Positions 39,810 to 53,409 of a stretch of DNA of 64,000 bases are shown here, piece after piece. The position numbers and the translations under genes were made by a program. The stretch lies in contig OX597819.1 of the NCBI GenBank assembly GCA_951406725.2, positions 61,008,001 to 61,072,000 of the forward strand, read 5' to 3'. Each line of letters begins with the position of its first letter. Position 1 is the first letter of the stretch. The notes under the pieces were generated by a model that saw only the letters and a program-made list of their open reading frames with translations, was not told where the DNA came from and made no database searches. Source of the DNA: Octopus vulgaris. Its lineage: Eukaryota.

Positions 39810-40372
39810 TAATTATTCAGTGTATTTCAAGATGTGGTGCCCCAGCATGGCCACAGCTCATTAGCTGAAACTGGAAAAATCAAAATCATTCCTTGCCAAT
39901 AGAGAAAGAACCGGTTTCTAACCTAGATCCAAGGCTCCTTCATTGGAATTTCAGCATCAAGAATAGGGTTTTTTGTTTGTATGTATGTATGTTTTATGTA
40001 TGTATTCTCATGCATATTGTTGCATATCTAGACATGCTCATATATATTTAAATGATAAACTTCTGGAAAGTTTTACAGATTTTTATAGTTCCACTAATGG
40101 ATTGGATATGTAGTCTTCGAATTTGATTTCTCCTTTCTAGTTTTGAGAAGCCTAATTTCTCAAGATTAGTATTTAGGCAGTGTGTTACACATCCCAGAGC
40201 CCCAATAATTACAGTTATAAGCCTGAACTTGTAATCTGGATAGTGTGTGTATGTATGTATGCATGTCATTGTTCAGTTTTATTTCAAGATTTCTTGCCAA
40301 TAGAGAAAAAGCTGGTTTCTAACCTAGATCCAAGGATCCTTCATTGGAATTTCAAAATCAACAGGGCATTTT

Positions 40373-40375
<3 letters not shown>
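39810..40375 (-). mobile_element. Two tandem 3' ends of an R4/Dong-like (restriction-like endonuclease) non-LTR element inside (TATG)n
   Basis: ORF end YPDYKFRLITVIIGALGCVTHCLNTNLEKLGF…ISGTIKICKTF fits the RLE C-terminal V.IGALG pattern. The 3' UTR block CTTGCCAATAGAGAAA…AACCTAGATCCAAGG…TTCATTGGAATTTCA occurs at about 39892 and 40293. Confidence 0.72.
39832..39889 (+). mobile_element. Ultra-short CR1/L2-group LINE tail inserted into the Dong-like 3' UTR
   Basis: TGTGGTGCCCCAGCATGGCCACAGCTCATTAGCTGAAACTGGAAAAATCAAAATCA splits TTTCAAGAT|TTCTTGCCAAT, which is uninterrupted in the second copy (about 40282-40301). Confidence 0.8.
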
Positions 40376-40404
<29 letters not shown>

Positions 40405-41143
40405 TGTACGTGTCTATGTACGTACGTCTGTCTGTATGTATGTATGTAGCTATGTATGTATGCATGTTTGTGTGTATGTATGTAGCTATGTATGCATGTA
40501 TCTGTGTATGTATGTACGTGTCTATGTACGTATGTCAGTCAGTCAGTATCTATCTGTCTATATGTCTGTCTGTGTCTATCTATCTATCTATCCATCCATC
40601 CATACATCTATGTTTGTGTATTTGGGTTTATACACATCTATAAGTATACGTATTTGTGCTTGAGGCCAACATGATTGTTTCTGAAATTAGCAGTGACGAT
40701 GCTGTAGTTGCTGACGTTTTTCGAAAAAAAAATTAGTAAGAGGACTATTTATCGCCAATACCGTTTCAGGTTTATCAAGATCTGCGAATTAAGCACTAGT
40801 TACGGTACATTTGTGGAAAACAAATGCATAAGATTTCAACGTAAGACACAACTGGATGATGAACGGAGAAGAAGCAAACAAATTAAGCGAAATTTGCCAA
40901 GGATGGCATCAAAAGTACTTGGTCAAACGGACCAGCACCCTGATAGTATCATTAGAAAACACAGAAGGTTTCACCATGACACTATACTGGTGTTTGTAGC
41001 CTATTGGTGAGTGAGTTTTTGGTACTTAGTAATTTGAAGGACGATCTTTGTTTGGATGCTTTCAATGAGGTTTTGACAAGTAGCTGTTTTCTTACAGATA
41101 TGTAACGAGTACTCTAGTGGGGGATTACACACACATTTACAAC

Positions 41144-41425
41144 GATGAAGGGCCCAGATGATCTGGTCAGCAGAGAAGCCTGCTCGTTAAATGAACGTGC
41201 AAGTGGTGGACCGTTTATCGGAGTTCTCAGAGAGATTAGGCATGATACAAAACGTGACAAGGCTGGTTCCTTTGAGTCACAGGTACAATTTATTTTTGCC
41301 GGCTTAGTGGACTAGCAACGTGAAATAAAGTGTCTTGCTCAGGGACACAACGTGCCGCTAGGAATCGAACTCACGACCTTACGATCGTAAACCGAACAGC
41401 CTAACCACTAAGCCACGGGCATCCA
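41144..41425 (-). mobile_element. SINE family D (distinct head and core, family C tail type 1)
   Basis: Head GGATGCCCGTGGCTTAGTGGTTAGG…GAGTTCGATTCC, core TTGTGTCCCTGAGCAAGACACTTTATTTCACGTTGCT, then CCAGCCTTGTCAC…; similar to 42895-43172. Confidence 0.78.
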
Positions 41426-41571
41426 CTACACGCATATATGTATATATGTATGTTTTATTTAGAACATGGTGCTTTTAAATGTATGACGATGAAATTTATG
41501 AATATTAAAATCAAACGCATCCTTTTGAGGTATGTGTAGATCGCTGAGGGCGAAAAACTGTTCAGATATGA

Positions 41572-41832
41572 GATGATAATAATACTATTGATGATGGTGA
41601 TAGCGATGACGACGACTATGATGATGATGATGACAATGATGATGATGACGATGACGATAATGATGACGATGACTACGATGATGATGATGACGATGATGAT
41701 GATGATGGTGATGACGACGACGATGATGAAAGTGATGATGACGACGACGACGATGATGATGAAAGTGATGGCGACGACGAAGACCACAGCGATGACGACG
41801 TGGACGTCGACGATTATCATGTTGATGATGAT
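41572..41832 (+). repeat. (GAT/GAC)n trinucleotide microsatellite
   Basis: Direct inspection. Confidence 0.95.
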
Positions 41833-41924
41833 ATAACAACAGTAATGACGTTGTTTCCAAAGAGAATGACAGAAATGTGATGTCGGAATCTTACATCTGG
41901 GTATGTTAGAAAAAAAAACACAAA

Positions 41925-42333
41925 GGCGCAGAAGTGGGTGTGTAGTAAGAAGCTTGCTTACGAACCACATGGTTCCGGGTTCAGTCCCACTGCATGGCAC
42001 CTTGGGCAAGTGTCTTCTACTATAGCTTCGGGCCGACCAAAGCCTTGTGAGTGGATTTGGTAGACGGAAACCGAAATAAGTCCGTCGTATATATGTATAT
42101 GTATATATGTATGTGTGTGTATATGTTTGTGTGTCTGTGTTTGTTCCCACCCCAACATCGCTTGACAACCGATGCTGGTGTGTTTACGTCCCCGTAACTT
42201 AGCGGTTCGGCAAAAGGACCGATAGAATAAGTACTAGGCTTACAAAGAATAAGCCCTGGGGTCGATTTGCTTGACTAAAGGCGGTGCTCCAGCATGGCCA
42301 AAGTTAAAAGACTGAAACAAGTAAAAGAGTAAA
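41925..42333 (+). mobile_element. SINE family A, full length
   Basis: Complete head, B-box-like GGTTCAGTCCC, internal microsatellite and GACTGAAACAAGTAAAAGAGTAAA tail. Confidence 0.93.
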
Positions 42334-42384
42334 TTGCATTAAAATCTCATTAAGGCTATTACAAAATTCATCCCATCTTACCGA

Positions 42385-42433
<49 letters not shown>

Positions 42434-42693
42434 GTCTGTCTCTGATGCACATCTATGTTTGTGTGTGTTTTCTTAACCAAGGATGCTGTGCTTTTCTTTG
42501 AAATGTCTGATGTTTATATTAAAGTTTGAACGCGTCTTTTTCAGGCATGTGTACCTAATGTTCGATTCCACAGAACCCCGTCCATCTCCCAGCACCCCCA
42601 ATGGAGAGGGTTTGCACACCTCAGTAAGCGCGCGCGCGGTAAATATATCTTTCGTATTAATTCAAATAACAATGTGGTTTTCTTCACGTGCAC

Positions 42694-42735
<42 letters not shown>

Positions 42736-42863
42736 TGCACAAACGCATATACACATAAACACACACACACTCACCCAAAAATACATACAACCATCGAGGG
42801 AGAGAAAAAGGGAGAGATACAATAATGCGTTTCCTAAGATGTGTGTGTGTGTGTTTGTCTGTT

Positions 42864-42894
<31 letters not shown>

Positions 42895-42897
<3 letters not shown>

Positions 42898-43172
42898 GCA
42901 TAGTGGTTAGGGTATTCGGCTTACGATTGTAAGTTTGTGAGTTCGATACACGGCGGCGCGTTGTGTCTTTGAGCAAGATACCTTATTTCCCGTTGCACCA
43001 GTCCACTTGACTGGCAAGAGCAAGTTCTACCTGTAATTCAAAAGGCCAACCTTGTCACATGCTGTCTCACGCTGGATCTCCTCGAGAACGACGTTAAGTT
43101 GGACGTGTGCCTGTGGAGAGCTCCGTTGATCGGATCAATGGAACACTCGTCGTCGTAACCGACGGAGAGCCA
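42895..43172 (+). mobile_element. SINE family D
   Basis: GTGGCATAGTGGTTAGGGTATTCGGC…GAGTTCGATAC head, TTGTGTCTTTGAGCAAGATACCTT core, and tail …CTCGTCGTCGTAACCGACGGAGAGCCA shared with family C. Confidence 0.82.
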
Positions 43173-44850
43173 GTTTAAACTATGTATGAATACATAAAGA
43201 GGAGACTTGCGGAAATATAAAAAATGGAAAAGAGCGTGGGATTCAGAAAAAGGAATACACGAACGTTCAAATAAGAAAAACAAAATATGAGAGACTAAGT
43301 GGAAAGGAGAGCATTATGATGATAAGAATGAATAAAGTATTGATATTTGATAATATTAAAAATGAAAAACAAGACATATATCCTTGTTTATCACTGATGC
43401 ATTTACCATTGATGTAAGATAACACGCTACACTCAACTGTGACCCATGTTGCGCTTATCAAGATTGATCTGTGATAACACGTGTCGGTGATCAGTCGAAG
43501 ATTTGTACTGTAAAAATGCGTCCAAGCGACCACCCAAAGTGCTCAGATACCTGGAACACAGTGACTACCGCTTGTGCTTATATGACTGTGCTGCGAGGCT
43601 ATGTATTTTTTTTTACATAGATTATCGTACTTTTGCACATCAACATCGCGCCTGATCTTAAAAAATTGACTCCGACGAGCGTATTCTCTCAGCAGGAAGA
43701 GGATAGATGATCAAGGAAGTATGTAACGGCGGAGCTTCGGTGCTGCGAGCTTAGTATCAATGAATCTACCATTCCTTCCATTTACAAAGTGCACGGAGAC
43801 GATTTATTTACCACGGATTCATTTATCGCTTTTTTATTTTTTAAACAAAACTACCGTGATAAGCAAGGATAGATGTATTTAATGATGTTTCCGGTAATTA
43901 AAAAAAGAATAAAAAACAGCGTTAATAATCATAGAAATTGTATTTCTATAAATAACATAAAGTCTGAATACAATAGCTTCTGAAACATTTAAAATAATTA
44001 TTGAGGTTGTCGAACAAATGCATTCATTGATTTGTAGTTAATCAAATGAAGTGTGTCTCATTGGCAGTGTGATGTTAGTCACAGGAATCAATAAACCGAT
44101 GTATAGTTGTAGTTTTAGTTAATTAACAGTTGTGATTGTGATGTGTATCCATGGATTAGTGTAACGTGTGTTGCCAGATTAATGCCACTAATGTGGCTGG
44201 GTTAGCTAATATAAGCTGTCGGATGAATATGAGCCATTAATATATAAAAGGTGAATATTGATTGGTCGACGCAACAGTGCAATAAATAAAATGAACTCTT
44301 TGCCCTTTTGTCGTGATAGGAACTATTATTTATCCTCGGGTCACTATTCCCATTGACTGTTACTCATTCATTACAACGGAGGTGAACTGAAGCAATACAC
44401 TCTAATGCATCTTGTCCAGAAACACAGCGAATCTTCGGCAGGAGATCTGAATCGAGACCATCAGTGCGTAGCCCGATATTTCGGTTTTGTATCTCTAACA
44501 CATTCAAATATACGGATGGCGAAAAAGAACAAACGCTTTCGTTGCTATTGTTTTAAGAAGTAAAATTTCTCTGTAGCCTCCCGTTTAAACGACTATAACT
44601 GACATGAAACTTTTAATAATCTAATTTTATCATTATGCAAGCCCAAGTGATCTAATTACACAATCTACAGGGGGCGGAGCGGGAGGTGAAGCAAGGGAGG
44701 AAGGCTGTGCATTTAAGAAGTTCGCTTCGAAACCACGTGCTTTTGGGCTCGGTCCCATTGTGCGGCACCTTTGGAAGGTATCTTCTACTATGCATGTAGG
44801 CTGATCCATACCTAATAGTGAATTTAGTGTGACGGAAACAGTACAGAATC

Positions 44851-45140
44851 CCTTCTCAACTTACGACCGAGTTCTGTTCAGATTGACAGGTCGTAAGTCG
44901 ATCTGGTCGTATGTCAGATTTATATTTTTCAACACTATTTTCATTCAAACGCAACTGTTGCTTGAAAGCGACTAAGTGCGAGATAGCGGTAGACAGTGGA
45001 TGCTTGGGTCTGAGGGAGGCCTGCTTGCGTTGCCAGATGCTGCCATAGTTATCGTACGCGCAGCTTCTCAACGTCCGAAAATCGATTATTCATTTATTTT
45101 TTGTAGTCGTAAGTGCGGATGGTCGTAAGTCGAGGAGAAG

Positions 45141-45143
<3 letters not shown>
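44851..45143. mobile_element. Tigger/pogo-type MITE
   Basis: Left CCTTCTCAACTTACGACC and right GGTCGTAAGTCGAGGAGAAGGTG are inverted; subterminal GTCGTAAGT repeats at both ends. Confidence 0.72.
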
Positions 45144-45182
<39 letters not shown>

Positions 45183-45563
45183 TACTTTTACTTGTTTCAG
45201 TCATTTGACTGTGGCCATGCTGGAGCACCGCCTTTAGTCGAGCAAATCGACCCCAGGACTTATTCTTTGTAAGCCTAGTACTTATTCTATCAGTCTATTT
45301 TGTCGAACCTCTAAGTTACGGGGACGTAAACACACCACCATCGGTTGTCAAGCGATGTTGGGGGGACAAACACAGAGACACAAACACACACATACATATA
45401 TACGACGGGCTTCTTTCAGTTTCCGTCTACCAAATCCACTCAGAAGGCTTTGGTCGGCCCGAGGCTATAGTAGAAGACAGTTGCTCAAGGTGCCACGCAG
45501 TGGGACTGAATCCGGTTCTATGTGGTTGGTAAGCAAGCTACTTACCACACAGCCACTCCTATG
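45183..45563 (-). mobile_element. SINE family A, full length
   Basis: Complete family A sequence between (TA)n tracts. Confidence 0.93.
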
Positions 45564-45564
45564 C

Positions 45565-45603
<39 letters not shown>

Positions 45604-47363
45604 ATAGTGGTTTTAGTAGGTTTCTGGAGTTCGACGATGAGGATTCAGTTGTTCGATCTAATGAATTCTTAACCATTGGGTCATATTTTGCGTACACACA
45701 CGCACACACACCTACACACACACACACACACACACACACTCATCCACTATAATTATTTCATTTCATACATTTTATTGTGTTGAATGCCTGCCTGGTCATT
45801 CATATTGATCTCGTTAAACAGAGAATTTACATAAAACATATTTCTGATCGGAATAACCAAATTCCCAGCTAAAATCTTGAGTTAAAAGAAAACCGAACTT
45901 ACCTAGATGCTAAAGGTTAACAAGGCATTTTCCATTCTCTGGCGACCCACCGTGTCATATTCTGGTAACAGCTAACGTCCATATCAAATACCTGAAATAT
46001 AAAAGGCGAAAAGTTTAGAGATCAAATCGAACTCTTCGGTATGTTCTGCATAATAGCTTTGGTACAAAGATTTTTGTATTCATTTTAATAGTTATGAGTC
46101 AAGGACGCTTTCATGCGATCGCTACATCTAACGGATGCTGTTAGGTGGTGGGATTAGGGTATTGACTGACGTGCATTGCAATATTTCACTTCAAAAAAGG
46201 ACACTTTTGGTTAATTCTTACAGAAATGTTGAAAATTAAAGTACATCACGTTTTCTATATGCCCCCGCCTCCGGATCAGGGGGGAAGCTGGCGGGATGGC
46301 ATCATTTGAAGTGCATAGTGACCAGCGATTTATGACAACATCCGATAGTCTGGTCGATACTTTGAAACCGTGATATGAATATTAGAACATTCGGGAAAAA
46401 TAGGTTCTCTTCCAAACCCCAACATGTCCTGAGCATTGTGGATGGTTGCTAGGGTACGCTTTTGTTGTTTGAACAGAATCTTTGACTCGTGTTATCACAG
46501 ATCAATTTGTGATAAGCGTAGCACGGTTCACAATTGAGCGTAGTTTGTGATCCTGGATCAGTGTTGAATGAACCTGTGACAAACGAACATGAATGCATTT
46601 TGTAGATCTCTAGGATGTTGCGGGATTTCTGAGATGATGCTTAAGTTTTGATTTGCTAGATAAGTACTAAAGTAGCCATTGATTTTTAATTAGGAAAAGG
46701 TTACTTTTTGTGATGGAGGTGCATGATCGATTTATATTGACTTAGTGTTTTACAAGTCTCTATTTTATCGACCATTTTAAGATGAAAAGGAAACAAAATA
46801 TATTAAGACAACTCATCCCTTTACTAAGCAACAACTTGCACCTGCTAACATATCGACCTTAAATTCTAAATTAATTATTAGCAAGGAAGTGTACAAGTAA
46901 AACAATCCCCTATTATAAAACATCAACAAGATGTCTTTCTCTTACGAATCCCGTTCTTTCTCCTAAGAATTCCACGAAAACTTGTAGTTGTTAATTATAG
47001 ACAACAATCAAACGAGATTGGCAAAAACCCAATTGAACTTTGACACATCATGTGTAAGTAAATGACCGGCAGCGGGCGTCCTGGTTCCAGAAATCATTGG
47101 CGAAATATAACTTATAAAGTTAGATTGAACGACGTATATCGATTGCAACAGTAATCAGAATAAGTGCAGTTTGAGGCAAAAAAAAAAAAGAAAAACAAGA
47201 GAATTGTTTTTATTAATCATAGACATCTTTGTCCGATACTAAAAGTACATCAGCAATTGCTTTATATATCAAAATATCAAACAACAAATAACATTCTCTT
47301 TTTCTTCAAAGTTGAATGTTATGTTAACTTCATTAATTATCATCATCATCATCGTTATTATTA

Positions 47364-47903
47364 TTGAGTGAGACAGTGCATGCCATCAAAGTGACACGGG
47401 AGTAAAATATACGAAGCTCAGTATATCATGACTACCCGTCTGATAAGGGCACACCAGGCACATGCATGTGCGCGATATATGGTAATCTCATACCAAGATT
47501 AACAGCACATGATCTTGCAGGTGGAGCCCAGTTAGAATTTTCGTAAGGTCGAGTAGCCCATCCTGCTCAACAAAGGTCTCTGAATATGAGTTGTTTAAGG
47601 ATATTGAACAACACACCCATGTTTCCAAAAGTGAATTATTCAAATCCCAAAGAATTCCTCTCAACACATGGCTATGATGCTTCCCCACTACTTCTGCTCG
47701 TGATCAGAGATGCACATATCGTCAGTCACTAAGGGACATGCTCAACTGGTTAAGGTCAAACAATTGACAAGCAAATCTGTGGTATTGAGCAGAATATTTG
47801 CTGTAGCCCATCCTTTATACCAAGACGCAACAATGTACATGATAACATCCAGCCAGTTATGACGAAAAGCCATGAGAGCCACTGCCTGGTTCTGCATCAG
47901 GGC

Positions 47904-47905
<2 letters not shown>
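47364..47905. mobile_element. About 540-bp non-coding insert inside a (TTA)n tract; probable interspersed repeat
   Basis: Bounded by TTATTATTATT on the left and a long (TTA)n on the right, GC-richer than its flanks, no convincing ORF. Single copy here, so repeat status rests on recollection. Confidence 0.5.
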
Positions 47906-47938
<33 letters not shown>

Positions 47939-48279
47939 GTTTCTTCCGTCTATCTTTCAGAAACTGTAATAGGAAAAATACGATAATTATTTCTTTAAAT
48001 AACAACAGGAAATGTACCAATTCAAATCTTAAGTAAAATTGTACTGTTTTTTCCTTTTGCCTTTCTGTTTTTTTTTCCTTTTCTTTTTGTAGTTCACTCG
48101 CAAGATTTTTGGTGCTGTATTAATTAGATAGCGTTTGGTACAGTTCCTTACACATTCCAATAATGGCCCAAAGACAATGAAGCACTTTATAGTTCTTGAT
48201 GAAACAAATTTACTATAGTCAACCGGTAAAACATCATTTTATACATACATACCACCCCACACGCATACGAACATACATA

Positions 48280-48329
<50 letters not shown>

Positions 48330-49323
48330 CATGTAGGTCGTATACGAGTGAGTATATATTTATAAATATATATATTTTATATATATATATATATATATAC
48401 ACAAGCACATCCACAGACTGATAGATACACATTCATGTGAATTATTTATCTGCATGAGTGCTTGTATTTGTATGTATTTCAATTTTGATGTATGTAATTA
48501 ACGAAAAATAAAAGAATCGAGTGTTTTGGTCTTACAGACAACTTCTGAGAATGACTTATTTTTACAATCGTTCTTTACACTTCCTGAGAAAATGTTTCGT
48601 GAGAAGCAATTTACCAACAACTCAACCATTGTTTCGGGTGACGAATAGAGTTTGCCTAATGACGTCATAAGCGTGGAAAATATTGAAATTTTGACTGATA
48701 GAACATAATCGACAAAGAAGGATTTCTTTTCTCTTGTCTGGCTTTAGATTTCTCTGTTATTGTTGTTTAGCCCACGGTCGAGAAAATCCTATGATTAAAG
48801 GTATTCCAGTCATGACCACCACGTCGTTTGGGATAGGTACAACTATATTAACTAATTTGCCAGTCCAAAGGATTTTCATAAGTTTGTCCTAAACGACCAT
48901 GGTTTGTTTTTGGCCTTTTAGTTATTCTTTGTTTCGTACGTTCTTAGTAATATAAAGATTTTCTTTCATAAATTCCAATTTTCTTTAGTGACGAAAAAAT
49001 TAGGAATGTCTATCGTATATGATATATAGACGCCAGGAAAATATATCCAGTGTATCATGTGCCACATAGGTCATGCAAAGGGTTTACTAATTTTCTGCTC
49101 CTTCTGTAAGAGTGTAATGTATAATTTTAAGGAGATTCGACTGTTTTTTCACACAGGTTGACTTCCCAAATGTTTCTTCATTGTCCCGTACTTGATTTTA
49201 TTTCATCGAATTTTGTGTGCTTCCACTTTATTCGAAAATATAATTTCTTCATTCGTTATTGAAAAAACAGGGTGTGTCAAAATGATGGAACACATTTTAA
49301 ACGCAAGTAACTAGGAACGGAAC

Positions 49324-50920
49324 TTTTCTACTCTGGGCACAAGGCCCGAATTTTTTAGGGACGGAGCCAGTCGATTAGGTCGACTCCAGTACGCAACTGG
49401 TACTTGATTTATCGACCCCGAAAAGATGAATGGCAAAGTCGACCTCAGCGGAATTTGAACTCAGAACGTAAAGACTGACGAAATACCGCTAAGTACTTCG
49501 CCCGGCGTGCTAACGTTTCTGCCAGCTCGCTGCCTTGGGGATCGGAAGAACTGACGGGTGAGTATCCACGACTTCTTAAATTAGAAATAAGATGTGTCCA
49601 TTCATTATTAGACACCATGAAGATGCAGCTCGCCGCCTCACTTCCTAACTGCTTGTTTATCAGATTCACTCATAAGGCATTGGTTGGCCCAGGGCTATAG
49701 TTGAAGACACTTGCTCATGGTGTTGTACACAGGGACTGAACTTGGAACTATGTGGTTGCAAAGCATTAGCACTTACAGAGGAAAGTCTGCAAGCAAGATC
49801 AAAGAGATCAACCCCAGCACATAAATCTTAAGACTGGTATATAAACCTTAAGACCAGGCGGGGAGCTGGCAGAAACGTTAACACGCCGGGCGAAATACTT
49901 AGCGATATTTCGTCTGCCGTTACGTTCTGAGTTCAAATTCTGCCGAGGTCGACTTTGCCTTTCATCCTTTCTGGGTCGATAGATTAAGTACCAGTTACGC
50001 ACTGGAGTCGATGTAATCGACTTAATCCGTTTGTCTGTCCTTGTTTGTCCTCTCTGTGTTTAGTCCCTTGTGGGTAGTAAAGAAATAGGTATTTCGTCTG
50101 CCGCTGCGTTCTGAGTTCAAATTCTACCGCGGTCGACTTTGCTTTTCATCATTTCGGGGTCGATAAATAAAGTACCAGTTGCGTACTGGGGTCGATGTAA
50201 TCGACTATCCCCCTCCCCCAAATTTCAGGCCTTATGCCTATAATAGAAAGGATTATTTTATAAGTTCAGGCGGCGCGGTGGCAGAAGCGTTAGCACTTTG
50301 GTTTGAATGGTTAGCGGTATTTCGTCCGTCTGTATGTTCTAAGTTCATATTCCACTGAGGTTGACTTTGTCTTTCATCCTCTCGGGTGTCGATAAAATAA
50401 GAACCAGTTGTGCATTGCAGGTTGCTATATTCGACTTATCCTACTCTCCGAAATTGCTGGTCTTGTGCTCAGAATTTGAAACCAATATCATTCTATGAGT
50501 GATGTATGTATGCATACATTATAAACGCCAACTAGCAATAAGATGATCAATTTTGAGCTGGTTCGCGATTTAGTCATAAAGCTACAGTTTTGAGATGGGT
50601 GTGTGTGTGTGTGTGTGTAGTTGATACCATTGATTCTAGGACGTGACTGGTACTTTATTTTATCGACCTGGGAGGAATGAAAGGCAAAGCTGACCTCGGT
50701 GGGTTTTGAATTCAGAACATAAAGAACCGGAAGAAATACTGCAATGCATTTTGTCCGACACTATCGATTCTGCTAGTTCGCCATATTCTGGTTTCTAATT
50801 TAGGAACAAAGCCAATAATTTTGGAGGCAGTGATGTAATGGATACCGTCGATTACAGAATCCTTCTTACACTTTAAGGGATAAAAGGGAAGTTGAACTTA
50901 GCGGGGTTTGAACTCAAGGC
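49324..50920. mobile_element. SINE B cluster (B- 49324-49533; A fragment 49665-49765; B dimer + 49857-50255; B+ 50269-50487; old B- 50620-50920)
   Basis: Repeated family B head and core motifs in both orientations. Confidence 0.88.
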
Positions 50921-51259
50921 CCGTGGCAAAATCATAATTTTCTTATCGATCTAAAGAATAATGTATTAGGTCTTTCATCGGTGTTTCTATCTTTTGGTAA
51001 TATAGAAAGGCGAAAGACACTTAATACACACACAGGTGTTTCCTATCCCACCAAGGGTTATTTCTGTCAACAGTTCAATAATCCTATAAAGTCTCTGAAG
51101 ATTTGACAACATATTTTGAATATGATATTTATCTTATGTATGTAGTAACAATTTTTTGTTCATGAAATATACGTAAGTCGGTGTATCTAAATATCTTATA
51201 AACAATCTTTCCTGTTTTCTTTCATACTTACATACATATGTACGCATATACATACATAC

Positions 51260-51324
<65 letters not shown>

Positions 51325-51782
51325 TACATATATGTTGATACATATATACACACATACACACACACGTACACACATACACATATGCATACATACTCACATG
51401 TACATACACATATAAACAACAGTTACAGCTTTCTAAATTCCGGTCACGTGGTATCTCTCAGTCCAAGATAATGGTAGATAGTACTCAACTTACTGAGCTG
51501 TAGACTCGAAACAAACTACATGACTGCGAACTGAAATTCTGAACCAGACACAGATAACTGCGGCCGCAACAGTGACTATATTATCTTATTGAATCGGCAT
51601 TGTGGCTGGGGAAAGCAGATATTAATTTTACATTGTTTAGAATGACAAACGTAACATGTTGAACTCCGTAACATAACAATGTTAACGTAATGTTTTTGTA
51701 TAGCATATCTAAAAGCTTAATTCTGTTTTCTGTTCATCCATCCTCTTATCCATGGCTGCCATAGCAATATACTGCTGCGACA

Positions 51783-51834
<52 letters not shown>

Positions 51835-51857
51835 TCTGCTCTTCATTTGTAAACTAC

Positions 51858-51999
51858 CTATTGTGTCCCGCTCATTAAATGTCTCGACACACTTCAAGTC
51901 CTGACGCACGCATGAAAGATAAGTCAGTAGAATGATTAGGCAGAGAGATGGTAATTTATACCAGCAACAAGAACTAAAAACAGTCGAATACATACACAT
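51858..51999 (-). CDS. Candidate first coding exon (signal-peptide-like, phase-1 donor)
   Basis: MCMYSTVFSSCCWYKLPSLCLIILLTYLSCVRQDLKCVETFNERDTI-G followed by AG|GTAGTT; unique sequence; no downstream coding exon identified. Confidence 0.3.
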
Positions 52000-53409
52000 A
52001 GTCTTATACTTCAACAACGCCAACAACAACAACAACAACAGCACTTCAATCACCGTCAAAATAATGACATTTGAATTTTGGCAATAATTCTGAGACAACA
52101 ATTTTTCATTTCTGTATGCATTATTCAGTCTACTACACACAGAATTTAATAAAGTTTCCATAGAATTCAAAATTTCTACATTATATAAAATTGGTACATT
52201 GCTAGTCTGACATAAGCGAACTTTTGGACTGATTCAAAGCTGAAACTGAATGTGGGATATAACGTAAAGACAAAGAGATTAAAGTATCGTCATTTATCCA
52301 TTTTAGGTCGATAAAATATGTATTAGTTAAATCTAATTCTTAATTCAAACAAATGTTGCAGCGTTCAGCAAACGTGAGACATATATTTGACTGACTAGTA
52401 TATTGGTCTGCCGTAAATAGGTTTTGCTGTGAGCACGATTGAACTGAACACTGCAAATTAATGAAATAATTAACAATTTCCACTGCTGCTGTTAAAACAG
52501 TGAATTGCCACATTCATTTACACATTGAGAGAGAGAGTGTGTGAGAGAGAGAGTGTGTGAGAGAGAGAGAGTGTGTGTGTGTGTGTGGAGTGGACATGAA
52601 GGGCAGGGGTTGAGTAACTAAGTTACGGATTTTGCTACAGATACAACACACTACGAAATTTCACTCACAAGCGCGTCCGATACCTAACATACTAAAATAT
52701 ATAGTGATATATTTTGGTTAAAAGTATATTTATTCGAAAGCCGCAGTACAGTGAAAACCAAACTAGACTGTAATTGAAGATAATATGCACCAGAATGGTT
52801 GTGTGGTTAAGAAGCTCACATTAAAATAACGTGATTCCGGGTTTGTTCTGGATTATATATTGGAGAGGTATCTTCTGCCATAGCCTAAGTTCTGTTAAAG
52901 CTTTGTGAGTGAAATTTAGAGAAGAGAAGCTAACGGAGACTGACAGGTGGATTAAGATTGTTGATAGCCTAATGGATATAGTGGCAAACATTCAGCCGAA
53001 TGGTCGGAGGTTCGCACTCTGCCCGAAGCACTTCGTTATGTTAGTGGTTGGGACAAAATAGCCCAATCCACCTGGCTGTAGATAGGTAGGCATGTAAGAA
53101 AATACCTTCAAATCGCTCCCTGATATCTTAAAAGAATACATCAGTCAATGTAGTCATAGTTACAAAACAACGGGATGGTCATAGCTGGAGCACTTCTAAT
53201 CATATTTCCTCGGAGTTGACTTGAAGCTAAACAACAATAGCACTGATACTTCGTATTCAGAGACAAGGCCAGCATTTGTTAAGAGGTAAGGGTCATAGGG
53301 AATTTCATCGATTCTGTTACTTGACAGGTAACGTGTATGGTGGCACATATGACGCATTCCCCCACCGAGCCCTACATACTAAGTTGGGCCTATATTTCAT
53401 GTTTTAATG

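Noticed and set aside
41455-42168. Poly-Ile/Val, poly-Met and poly-His ORFs
   Set aside because: Alternative readings of a (GAT/GAC)n microsatellite fused to a SINE A copy.
43380-43760. Possible plus-strand exon (TTTTTTACATAG acceptor at 43620) or decayed tyrosine recombinase
   Set aside because: All three frames after the acceptor hit stops within about 30 codons, and the motif similarity is too weak.
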